Shown here: piece after piece, positions 9,921-21,574 of the stretch
Position numbering within the stretch: position 1 is the stretch's first letter
Layout of the letters: the number at the start of each line of letters is the position of its first letter
Source: Squalus acanthias
Lineage: Eukaryota
Assembly (NCBI GenBank): GCA_030390025.1
Contig: CM059432.1
Location: 34,288,001-34,352,000, forward strand
Reading direction: 5' to 3'
DNA: 64,000 bases
The notes under the pieces: model-generated
What the model saw: the letters and a program-made list of their open reading frames with translations, nothing else
The model's database searches: none
Told to the model about the DNA's origin: nothing
Made by a program: the position numbers and the translations under genes

Positions 9921-12900
9921 GGGAACGGTAGCATAGTGGTTATGTTATTGGACGAGTAATACCAGAAGCCTGAATAATCCGGTAGATGTGAGTTCAAATC
10001 CCACCACGGCAGCTATGGTATTTTAAATTAGTTAATTAAATAAATCTTGACTTGGATTGTTGTAAAAACCCACCTTTTGGTTTCACTAACGTCCTTTAGG
10101 GTAGGAAATCTGCTGTCTTTACCTGGTCTGGCCTATATGTGACAGCAATGTGGTTGATTCTTAACTGCCCTCTAAAATGGCCTAGCAAGCCACTGAGTTG
10201 TACACAACCACTACGAAAAACAATAATAAGAATAAAACCGGACATACCTCGGCACCGGCTTCGGATATGACAACGGCAGACCCAGGCCAGTCGACCCTGC
10301 AAAGTCCTCCACACCAACATCTGGGGACTTGTGCCAAAATTGGGAGAGCTGACTCACAGACTAGTCAAGCAACAGCCTGACATAGTCATACTCACAGAAT
10401 CTAACCTTCAGCCAATGTCCCAAACTCCTCCATCACCATCCCTGGGTATGTCCTGTCCCACCGGCAGGACCGACCAACCAGAGGTGGTGGCACAATGGTA
10501 TACAGTCGGAAAGGAGTGGCCCTGAGAGTCCTTAACATTGACTCTGGACCCCATGAAGTCTCATGGGTTCAGGTCAAGCATGGGCAAGGAAACCTCCTAC
10601 TGATTACCACCTACCGCCCTCCCTCAGCTGATGAATCAGTACTCCTCCATGTTGAACACCACTTGGAAAAAGCACCGAGGGAAGCAAGGGCACAGAATTT
10701 ACTCTGGGTGGGGGACTTCAATGTCCATCACCAAGAGTGGCTCGGTAGCACCACTACTGACCGAGCTGGCCGAGTCCTGAAGGATATAGCTGCCAGACTG
10801 GGCCTGTGGCAGGTGGTGAGAGAACCAGCACGAGGGGAAAAACCTACTTGACCTCGTCCTCACCAATCTACCTGTCACAGATGCATCTGTCCCTGACAGC
10901 ATTGGTAGCAGTGACCACCGCACAATCCTTGTGGAGATGAAATCCCGCCTTCAGACTGAGGACACCCTCCATCGTGTTGTGTGGCACTACCACCGTGCTA
11001 AATGGGATAGATTCAGAACAGATCTAGGCACTGTGGGCCATCAGCAGCAGCAGAATTATATTCCACCACAATCTGTGACCTCATGGCCCGGCATATTCCT
11101 CACTCTACCATTACCATCAAGCCAGGGGACCAACCCTGGTTCAATGAGGAGTGCAGAAGAGCATACCAGGAGCAGCATCAGGCATATCTACAAATGAGGT
11201 GCCAACCTGGGGAAGCTGCAACACAGGACTACATGCATGCTAAACAGCGGAAGCAGCATGCTATAGACAGAGCTAAGCAAGCCCACAATCAACGGATCAG
11301 ATCAAAGCTCTGCAGTCCTGCCACATCCAGTCGTGAATGGTGGTGGACAATTAAACAACTAATGGGAGAAGGAGGCTCCATGAATATCCCCATCCTGAAT
11401 GATGACAGAGCCCAGCATGTGAGTGCAAAAGACAAGGCTGAAGTGTTTGCAACCATCTTCAGCCAGAAGTGCCGAGTGGATGATCCATATCGACCTCCTC
11501 CTGAGGTCCTCACCATCACAGAAGCCAGTGTTCAGCCAATTCGATTCACTCCACGTGATATCAAGAAACGGCTGAGCGCACTGGATACAGCAAAGGCTAC
11601 GGGCCCCGACAACATCCCGGCTATCGTGCTGAAGGCTTATGCTCCAGAACTAGCTGTGCCTCTAGCCAAGCTGTTCCAGTACAGCTACAACACTGGCATC
11701 TACCTGACATAACTGCCCAGGTATGTCCTGTCCAAAAAAAGCTGGACAAATCCGATCTAGCCAATTACCGCCCCATCAGTCTACTCTCAATCATCAGTAA
11801 AGTGATGGAAGGTGTCATTGACAGTGCTATCAAGCGACACTTACTCACCAATAACCTGCTCACCGATGCCCTGTTTGGGTTCCGCCAGGACCACTCGGCT
11901 CCAGACCTCATTACAGCCGTGGTCCAAACATGGACAAAAGAGTTGAATTCCAGAGGTGAGGTGAGAGTGACTGCCCTTGACATCAAGGCAGCATTTGACC
12001 GAGTGTGGCATCAAGGAGCCCTAGTAAAACTGAAGTCAATGGGAATCGGGGGGAAAGTCTCCACTGGCTGCAGTCATACCGAGCACAAAGGAAGATGGTT
12101 GCAGTTGTTGGAGGTCAATCATCACAGCCCCAGGACATTGCTGCAGGAGTTCATCAGGGCAGTGTCCTAGGCCCAACCATCTTCAGCTGCTTCATCAATG
12201 ACCTTCCCTCCATCATAAGGTCAGAAGTGGGGATGTTCGCTGATGATTGCACAGTGTTCAGTTCCATTCGCAACTCCTCAGATAATGAAGCAGTCCATGC
12301 CCGAATGCAGCAAGACCTGGATGACATTCAGGCTTGGGCTGATAACTGGCAGGTAACATTCATGCCACAAAAGTGCCAGGCAATGACTATCTCCAACAAG
12401 TAAGAGTCTAACCACCACCCCTTGACATTCAACGGCATTACCATCGCTGAGTCCCCCACCATCAACATCCTTGGGGTCACCATTGACCAAAAACTTAACT
12501 GGACCAGCCACATAAATACTGTGTCGACAAGAGCAGGTCAGAGGCTGGGTATTCTGCGGCGAGTGTCTCACCTCCTGATTCCACAAAGCCTTTCCACCAT
12601 CTACAAGGTACAAGTAAGGAGTGTGATGGAATACTCTCCACTTGCCTGGATGAGTGCAGCTCCAACAACACTCAAGAAGCTCAACACCATCCAGGACAAA
12701 GCAGCCCGCTTGATTGGCACCCCATTCACCACCTTAAACATTCACTCCCTGCACCACCAGGGTACCGTGGCTGCAGTGTGTACCATCTACAAGATGCACT
12801 GCAGCAACTTGCCAAGGCTTCTTCGGCAGCACCTCCCAAGCCCGCGACCTCAACCACCTAGAAGGACAAGGGCAGCAGGCGCACGGGAAGACCATCACCT

Positions 12901-13137
12901 GCAAGTTCCCCTCCAAGTTACACACCATCCTGACATGGAAATATATCACCGTTCCTTCATCGCCGCTGGGTCAAAATCCTGGAACTCCCTCCCTAACAGC
13001 ACTGTGGGAGTACCTTCACTACAAGGACTGCAGCGGTTTAAGAAGGCAGCTCACCACCACCTTCTCAAGGGCAATTAGGGATGGGCAATAAATGCTGGCC
13101 TTACCAGCAACGCCCACATCCCAGGAACAAGTAAAAA
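9921..13137 (+). mobile_element. Family A LINE, full-length decayed copy 2
   Basis: Same head, body, EN (GDFNVH, SDH), RT (QGSVLGP, FADD) and tail as copy 1; same length, about 3.2 kb. Confidence 0.93.
9929..10001 (+). promoter_or_regulatory. Pol III A-box/B-box of family A copy 2
   Basis: TAGCATAGTGG 9929-9939; GAGTTCAAATCC 9990-10001. Confidence 0.85.
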
Positions 13138-13907
13138 TATCAACATCCCAAAAACAAAGGAAAATTACAACACACCCTCAGTGATGCGGGTTGTGCATTG
13201 GTTTCCTACTCTCAGTGTCAGCCACTCCTCAAAGAATGCCTGGCCTTTCCAGCATACAAAGGTTTTTGATTTATTGTCTTCCATTGCACATTTTATTAAC
13301 AGCGCATTTTTAACGATTATCCTGTCAACAGGGATTCCTGACAGAGGAATCTCGACCGTCTCTCTGTCGAGCATCACTTTATTTAGCAGCGTTGAATGCA
13401 GGGAGCCCGTTCGGACCTGATCCATCCATCAACAATCCAGTTTCTCGGGATTAAGCTTTAATGAGATGCCAATACCAAAGAAAGACTATACAATTAAACT
13501 AGGTATTTGACATTTTTCTGAAGTGATACACGATTGCAAGCTTCCATCACAAGGATATTAAATGCAAATTAGATACGTAATGTGCATTGCAACACCTTGT
13601 GAGATGTACTAAAATCTGCATTGATACAGTTGTAGGTTAGATATTTGGGGGGGATGGTGAGAGGCGTCATTTGAAGGTTCTAGGCTTTGTGTATCCTTTT
13701 AAGAGATGAGAGCTTTGCGTACACCAGCCTCATGATCATAAGTGGATAATTGGACTGTTTGAAATGCTACGCAGATCAGCCGATTGTCACTGAGGCACTC
13801 AGCCCTTGGGGGATAACAAAACTTAACTAAACAGATCAAAGCCTATTTGATCAGTCATAGCTTCGGCTGCAGCTCCTACTTGAGAGCCTTAACCCCACAC
13901 CTACCAA

Positions 13908-14170
13908 GTATACACACACACACATATCTGCATGCACTCTCCTACACACACCTGCGTGCACTCACCTACGTACAGATGCATGCAAGTACATACATTCAGG
14001 TGCCCTCACGCATATATACACATGTACATGCACCTGGCGTGCACACAGTCAAATATACACTCGCGCATGCACTGTAAGACGTGCACGCACATACAGCCAT
14101 GCGTGCATGCACCTGCATGGATACAAGTGTGCGCACACATGATTGCATGTGCACGCGCACACGCCTTCAC
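13908..14170. repeat. Degenerate (CA/TG)n alternating purine-pyrimidine tract
   Basis: Runs of cacacaca/tgcatgca/gcgcac. Confidence 0.85.
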
Positions 14171-14276
14171 TACATTACAATAGTGACTGCACTTCAAAAG
14201 TACCTCATTGGTTGTATTTTGGGACGTCCTGAGGTTGTGAAAAGCGCTATATCAATGCGAGTCCTTTCTTTCTTTC
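14170..14276 (+). mobile_element. DeuSINE 3' tail fragment
   Basis: tacattacaatagtgactgcacttcaaaagtac...gcgctatat, matching the end of the 18869 copy. Confidence 0.75.
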
Positions 14277-15066
14277 ATGCAGGTTTATATGAATCACCTT
14301 GTATGGATCTCCACAGAGAGAGAATGTGGCAGTAAATGCTAAAGGGAATCCCAAATCAAACCTTGACCATAAAGATAACCTAAACCTTCACCCTCAATCT
14401 AATTCTTATACTTAGGGGCCGAAATGGAAACGAATATTGTGCGTGGTGTAAAACTACTGATTTGCTGTGAGCCCATTTCGCACTACTGGTGAAGACCAAT
14501 TTCACTCCCTAAATCTAGCCGTTTTCTTTACCTTAGCCCTAACCCCGACTCCAAACCTGGCTCGGACCTTAAATCTACACCTAGCCCTAAACTTTATCCT
14601 AAGCTTAACCCAAATCTTAAACTTAAGTCTTGCTTACTGATTGTTCAGGCTCCCTCAATGGATCAGCAAGTTTATTCATTGAGTAGCTGAGCCGTAAAGG
14701 ACCCTCCCCGTGTTTGATCCCTTATGTTTGCCGAGTTACTTGATCTGAACTGGGATGGTGATAGGTGTGTTCCAAATGGCCTTAGTCACTAGACGTTCGA
14801 GAGGGAAAAATCAGTCAAAGTTTCAGCTTCTATTACCATCCAGTGAGCTCTGCTGAAAGCCTATCTTTGTGCATACTGGGTGAGTTATGATGCTCTCCAT
14901 GGTTGAATAGACTGTCACTCCTATTGTCTTAGCTTACAGTTTCAGAGCAGCCCACAATACTGTACATGCGTAGCCATCTTGTGGCCTTTCTGAGTTAGAA
15001 TGTAAGCTTATAGCCAATTAGTATCAAAGTGCAGACAGTTTTGTGTTCTGGGCCCAGTCTATTTAG

Positions 15067-16572
15067 AACCTCTCTGGGTACGTCGAGGGCATCCTGAAAC
15101 CCATCGTACAGGGAACCCCCAGCTTCTGTCGCAACACTACAGACTCCTTGCAGAAACTCAGCACCCATGGACCAGTTGAACCAGGAACACTCCTCGCCAC
15201 GATGGACGTATCGGCACTCTACACCAATATCCCCCACGATGACGGCATCGCTGCGACAGCCTCAGTACTCAACACCAACAACAGACAATCTCCAGACGCC
15301 ATCCTACAACTCATCCGCTTCATCCTTGACCACAATGTCTTCACCTTCGACAACCAGTTTTTTACCCAAACACACGGAACAGCCATGGGGACCAAATTCG
15401 CACCCCAATACGCCAACATCTTCATGCACAAGTTCAAGCAAGACTTCTTCGCTGCACAGGACCTCCAACCAACGCTGTACACCAGATACATCGACGACAT
15501 CTTCTTCCTTTGGACCCACGGTGAAGGATCACTGAAAGGACTACACGATAACATCAACAGGTTCCATCCCACCATCAAACTCACCATGGACTACTCTTCA
15601 GAATCGGTTTCATTCCTGGACACACGAATCTCCATCAAAGACGGACACCTCAGCACTTCACTCTACCGCAAGCCCACGGACAACCGCACGATGCTCCACT
15701 TCTCCAGCTTCCACCCTAACCACGTTAAAGAAGCCATCCCCTATGGACAAGCCCTGCGAATACACAGGATCTGCTCAGACGAGGAGGAACGCGATGGACA
15801 CCTACGGATGCTGAAAGATGCCCTCGTAAGAACGGGATATGACGCTCGACTCATTGATCGACAGTTCCGACGGGCCACAGCGAAAAACCACATAGACCTC
15901 CTCAGAAGGCGAACACGGGACACAACCAACAGAGTACCCTACGTCGTCCAGTACTTCCCCGGAGTGGAGAAACTACGCCATGTTCTTCGCAGCCTTCAAT
16001 ATGTCATCGATGACGACGAACACCTTGCTAAGGCCATCCCCACGCCTCCACTACTCGCCTTCAAGCAGCCGCCTAACCTCAAAAGTACCATCGTTCGCAG
16101 CAAATTACCCAGCTGTCAGGAGAACAGCGACCACGACACCACACAACCCTGCCACGGCAACCTCTGCAAGACATGCCGGATCATCAACACAGATACCATC
16201 ATCACACGTGAGGACACTACCCACCAGGTACATGGTACATACTCATGTGACTCGGCCAACGTTGTCTACCTCATACGTTGCAGGAAAGGATGCCCCGGAG
16301 CATGGTACATCGGCGAGACAATGCAGACACTGAGACAACATATGAACGGACACCGCGCAACAATCGCCAGGCAGGATTGTTACCTCCCAGTCGGGGAACA
16401 CTTCAGCAGTCAAGGACATTCAGCCTCGGATCTGCGGGTAAGCGTTCTCCAAGGCGGCCTTCGAGACACATGACAACGCAAAATCATCGAGCAGAAACTG
16501 ATAGCCAAGTTCCGCACCCATGAGGACGGCCTCAATAGGGATCTCGGGTTCATGTCACGCAACAGAACGTGA
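15067..16572 (+). pseudogene. Penelope RT-endonuclease ORF, 5'-truncated, one premature TGA at 16471-16473
   Basis: Frame is open from 15067 and continues QRKIIEQKLIAKFRTHEDGLNRD after the stop. Confidence 0.88.
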
Positions 16573-16892
16573 CTCGACATCGTTGTCTGTCTTTCCAGTT
16601 TAAAAAAAAAACACACAAAAAAAAGTTAAAAGCTCAACTGCAGACAGCAACATTTGACACGTTGGACCCACTGTGACCCACCTCATTGTCTTAGCTGTAC
16701 TCTGATGTGTCTTTGATGTAATGCCTTCCTAACAGATTGTATCGCTGCAGACAAATTGCTCTCTGTGTATATATACTGCAGATTTGTATTCCCTCACTGT
16801 ACTTGTACCTGAAGAAGGAGCAGCGCTCCGAAAGCTCGTAATATTAAATAAAACTGTTGGACTATAACCTGGTGTTCTGCGACTTCTCATTT
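15067..16892 (+). mobile_element. 5'-truncated Penelope-like element (RT + GIY-YIG, Neptune-like Cys linker) with pseudo-LTR tail
   Basis: DVSALYTNIP, GTAMG, YIDD; CHGNLCKTC; VVYLIRC..WYIGET..GHR..GLNRD; 12-bp TSD cagtctatttag (15055-15066, 16893-16904). Confidence 0.93.
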
Positions 16893-18204
16893 CAGTCTAT
16901 TTAGGCCCAAGGAGGGCAGCAGATTCTGGGCGTTAAGGTGGACCGGGGTAGATTTCGTGAATACGGGCAGCCAGCACAGGTCTGCCAAGCGTGGAAGCCA
17001 CCATAAAAGCTGGTAGCGAAATGGAGTCAGTGTCGTGAGGTTAAAGTTAGTCGCCCATGATCATCATCTGATGCGTACGAAGCTTTATTATAACAGACAC
17101 ACGTAATTATAATAAACAATACAGCAATGAAAAAGAACAAACAAACTAACCAGGTATGACAACAACAACAATTTACACTCACACCCCAGTGTGGAGTCCG
17201 GCCTGGTTCCATACCCACAATTTGGGGCTCTGGTGGTTACATCTCGGGCAGTCTTTGGATAGCGCAGTCTCTTCGACCGTTACAAGAGTTGCTTCTCCTC
17301 TGTGTCCTTGTAGACATCGTCAACTTTGGAGAATCTTCTCTAGGCCCCTGGTCCCTTGGAATGGCAGCGTCTTCCTATCCAGGTAACCCGAGTTGATAAA
17401 CCTCGGTTGGTAGCGTTCGAATCGTCAATGCCCTCGCCTAGTCGTAGTCTTGATTGGCAGAGTCTTGTTCTGTCAGCCCTGTAGGAGCGAGCCTGACATG
17501 AGCTTTTATACTGAGGCCTCTTCTCAGTTTGACCCTTGGAGGGTATCAAAAGCATGGTGTTTTTTAGGTTTTCAGTCCCCTCCTACGGGAAGGAGTGATC
17601 GCCGCCGATCATCTTTGAGTTACACTGCTAGTCAGTTTGGCTGCACCGAAGTGTCACTGGCAGGGCTGCGTAAGATATGACTCACTGTGGTTTAGAACTC
17701 AAAAGATTGCCACAGCTATAACGTAACACCGGCTCCCCGACATTAGGAAGAAACACTCACAGGCTTGAGGATTCTTGAAAGCCCTGTGGTAACTTCTTAA
17801 GCAGTTGAGGAGGTTTGGTTACCTTGCCTATTTGTGGCGTTACTCGGCCAGTCATTTAGCCAGCTGCCCAGTGGGACCGCGTGGAGGTACGACTCATTGT
17901 GACTTAGAACCCCAAAGATGGCCACAGCTACTTTGTAACCCTAGACTCCCCGAAGAGAGTCATAGTTACTCCCGCCATGCGTAGCCATCTTGTGGCCTTT
18001 CTGAGTTAGAATGTCAGTTTATAGCCAATTAGTATCAAAGTGCAGACACTTTTGTGTTCTGGGCCCAGTCTACTAATAACTGAGTTAAGGTTACTCCAAA
18101 CTTGATGTACATAGGATCCTTGCAGTCAGTAGTCTAGATCTGAATCCAACTCCCAGAATTGAAAAGACAGTGTTTTAATTTCCTGCAGCACCCACTCCTT
18201 AGAA

Positions 18205-18410
18205 GACCAATTATTCATCCAAAAGGCTGTGAATGCTAGGACAATTGAAGCTTTCAAAACTGAGGTCGATAGAGTTTTGTTAGTTAAGGGTATCAAGGGA
18301 TATGGTGCAAAGGCAGGAAAATGGAGTTGAGGTGTAGATCAGCCATGATTTAATTGAATGGCGAAGCAGGCTCGAGGGGCTGAGTGGCCCACTCATGTTC
18401 CTATGTTCAT
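18205..18410 (+). mobile_element. CR1 3' fragment
   Basis: agatcagccatgatttaattgaatggcgaagcaggctcgaggggc...cctatgtt tail. Confidence 0.75.
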
Positions 18411-18868
18411 ATCCAGCCCTGGAATGGATAATGAACTGATAGATCAATATGTTCTGCTTTTTCTATCTTATATACACCAGCCCTGGTGCAGGGAAGGTCG
18501 CTATGGCTCTGAACAAACACCACAACAGTAAGCTAGTACAAAAAGAAACAGGCCTGTTTGCCTGTTGGTGATGCTCATGGCAGGCTGGACATTGCGTCAC
18601 TGAGTCTGGCTGTGATCCACCCTCACAATGTAGAAGATGCAGTGTTCAGTATCCCAAGACCAACCTCAACAACTCACATCAACCAAAATGGTCCAACAAA
18701 CATTCCCAGGTCAAGCACAGCACAGGTTAGATGGGGGAGAAGGATCGAGAACTTAACTTTCATTCCAGATCTCTGGAAATTCAGATAGGCAGTTTATCAT
18801 CAGGACTTTCATGTGCTCTCTTCTATCAGAGACTCAACCACAGTAACTAAGCCTGCTGTCAGTTTCAG

Positions 18869-19318
18869 CTGTGGCTCATTTGGTAGCACACTCGCCTCTG
18901 AGTCAGAAGGTTGTGGGTTCATAGTCCTATTTCAGGGACTTGAGCACATAAAGCTAGGTTGACACTCCAGTGCAGTGCTGAGAGAGTGCTGCACTGTCGG
19001 TGGTGCCGTCTTTCGGATGAGACGTTAAACCGAGGCCCTGTCTGCTCTCTCAGGTGGACGTAAAAGATCCCATGGCACTATTTCGAAGAAGAGCAGGTAA
19101 GTCTTGGTCAATATTTATCCCTCAACCAACATAACAAAAACAGATTATCTGGTCATTATCACATTGCTGTTTGTGGGACCTTGCTGTGTGCAAATTGGCT
19201 GCCATGTTTCCCACATTACAACAGTGATTCCACTTCAAAAGTATTTAATTGGCTGTAAAGCACTTTGAGACGTCAGGGGGTTGTGAAAAGCGCCAAATAA
19301 ATGCAAGTTTTTCTTTCT
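18869..19318 (+). mobile_element. DeuSINE (SacSINE1-like): tRNA head, Deu domain, L2-like tail
   Basis: gtggctca..tggtagc head; ggtgccgtctttcggatgagacgttaaaccgagg Deu-type core; tail resembles the L2 3' end at 63195-63250. Confidence 0.85.
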
Positions 19319-19332
19319 GATGTCAGCACATG

Positions 19333-20224
19333 GGGGGAAAAATTCAGTTGGTTGCGCCTCCTGTTAGCGCCTTAAGAGGGCGCTAATGGGGCGCAAAGCA
19401 ACTAGCGCCCGGGCGCGACAATGTTTGCGCTGCTCGCGAAATTAACTAGACATTTTGCGGCAGCGCTAAACACTACCACCACGATCTCCTGCGCCGGCAG
19501 ATCGTGATGTCAGGCGAGTGTGCAACGCCCCGGTACCGCCCCAGTGCGGATATTGAATGGCGCCCCCTGCCTTACCGCCTGCCGCTAGCAACGACAGGTT
19601 GAGGGGAGCGTTTTGCAGTCAGGAAGGGACTGGGGGAGCGCTACTTAAAGGCGACTGCTTCCTGCCTTTTTTTGTTGGTGACATTTTTGAACCACGCATT
19701 CTGAGAGAGAAAGAGAGAGACTTCTAGAGAGATTCAACGCTGTGTGAAGGAGTTTTGGGTACTGAGCAGCACTTTGTAGGTTCATTTTGATTTGCCCTTC
19801 CTTGTATCGATTTAGAAGAGACTTTGGGGGCTGCACTCTGAGCTCTTTCCCTGGTTCTCTCCATTGTTCTTTCCAGCAGATTTGATGTGCAGGTCTCTCC
19901 AGGCCGAGATCCAAGGCTGCAATGAGAAGGATGTGGATGGAAAGCAAGATCAACCCTCCCCTTTAAGAACTGGCCGGCGCCATTGTGTGTGTGTTCCATT
20001 GCTGACTGACATCACATGAACTTCGCCAGCGCTCTGAGGTAGCGCCTCGCTCCTCGGCCTTTACGCCTTAAGACAGATGTGTAGCGCCTGATTTAGCGCT
20101 CCAATCACCTCCGGGGCGATAAAAGTCAAGTTTGCAGTTGGAGGCGATAATTAGCGCCAGGCGCTAATCTTTGCGCCCGGCCGATAATTGCGCCCCAAAT
20201 GGGGCGATACTGAATTTCTTCCCC
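19333..20224. mobile_element. Non-autonomous PIF/Harbinger-like DNA element
   Basis: TIR gggggaaaaattcag / ctgaatttcttcccc; 3-bp TSD ATG. Confidence 0.8.
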
Positions 20225-20269
20225 ATGCTCTATGAAGCGATCACAGGCCATGTGTAGACAAAAAATAGA

Positions 20270-20892
20270 AGGTAGAAATTGGCATGTGTTGCACCCATTT
20301 TCCGGGTGTAAAAGGGACGAAAGCATACCGATTTAGAAGTGGGATGGCCTGCACCCAATCTGCAGAGGCGTTGGTCCCACTGTTAAATTTGTGGGGCCCA
20401 TTTTTCAGGCAGCTGCCAAAACAGGCATTAGGCTCCTTGAATATGTTAATGAGGGGCCCAACTTCTGAAAAATGAATTACCGATGAGCAAGCAGAAGCCG
20501 GGCCTGCCTCACACAGGAGTCTTCAGCGGGCCCCGCGGCAGCCAACTAAAGGTGAGTGTTGACATTTTTTCCTTTCTGTGAAGCCAGGAGGAGCAGGAGT
20601 GCTGCCCCGACTCCATAGTCTCAGCGATCCCGCCCCCACCCCCCACCCCCATTGCCCACTCCAACCCCCTCCTGAAATTTATCTGAAGGATGCTGCCCCG
20701 GAGGCAGGTGGCCTGAAATGGACTTCTCTCGTGGGACGACCAGCCTGTGGAGGCACCACCGGCATCAGCAGCTCGCCCCGAATATGTAGATAAGGCCCAA
20801 GGACCAATTCCTGACGATCCTCAGGCCTCTTGGTTCGGTCACACATTGTTCACACAGTGCCGAAAATGGGCCCAAACTAATTTCGACCCCCC
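20270..20892. mobile_element. Harbinger-like MITE, degenerate
   Basis: Ends ggtagaaatt / aatttcgacc; quasi-palindromic GC-rich interior. Confidence 0.55.
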
Positions 20893-21574
20893 AGTGTCTT
20901 GTAGGATGAAGATGATGCTTTCACCCATTTGATCCCATCTTTCCACAATACCAACCTCTCTGTCTTTCTATTCCAACATTTCACTGTTTTTAAATCATTC
21001 CTCATTTCAAACACTCTTCCTTTGTCCAACGGTACACTTCCTCATGTCGGTCCTAAACCTGCTCTTCACAACCCTGACCCTGTATCCTCCTATCCTGCTG
21101 CCCTGAGGTATCTGAAAATACTGTTCTGGGTTTTACTTTTTCCCATTAAGTACCTTAAGCAGAAAAAAGCTTGATGGGCTGAATGGCCTTTTGTAATTCT
21201 TCTTGGGGAAAAAAAATTAAGATAAATATATCTTTGTAAGCAGTGCATGATTGTACCCAGAGTCCTTGGAGAGTTGAGTTGAAGCTGAGCTCTATCTGAA
21301 TATCTGCTCCCCTCCCTTCCTGCTTTGATGATGGTACATTCCAGATTAGGACAGAGATCACTGAGTTAATAATGATTTCTAAACAGAGAACAGGCCCAAT
21401 GCCACAGTGGAAAGTTCACTCAGTTGGTAAATGATTCTGTGAAAGACCATTTATCTATTTGGGAATAAAAACCAGCAATTAGACCAGCAACTTCCAGAAA
21501 TTCTTTGTAGCAGCCTTGTCCACCTGGTGATGTCCCAATGTATGGAAAGATCACTAACGTACTACTCTAAACTG

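Larger units (their letters stand above)
14965..18072. mobile_element. Unclassified element bounded by 97-bp direct repeats (14965-15061, 17976-18072), interrupted by a Penelope element
   Basis: Near-identical repeats catgcgtagccatcttgtggcc...gggcccagtcta; internal duplication at about 17679-17740 and 17891-17952. Confidence 0.7.

Noticed and set aside
9921..10010. Bona fide tRNA gene
   Set aside because: A/B boxes are present, but there is no convincing cloverleaf and the sequence continues into the retroelement body.
14355..14630. Interstitial telomeric repeat
   Set aside because: Only scattered, degenerate ccctaa-like hexamers; no true array.
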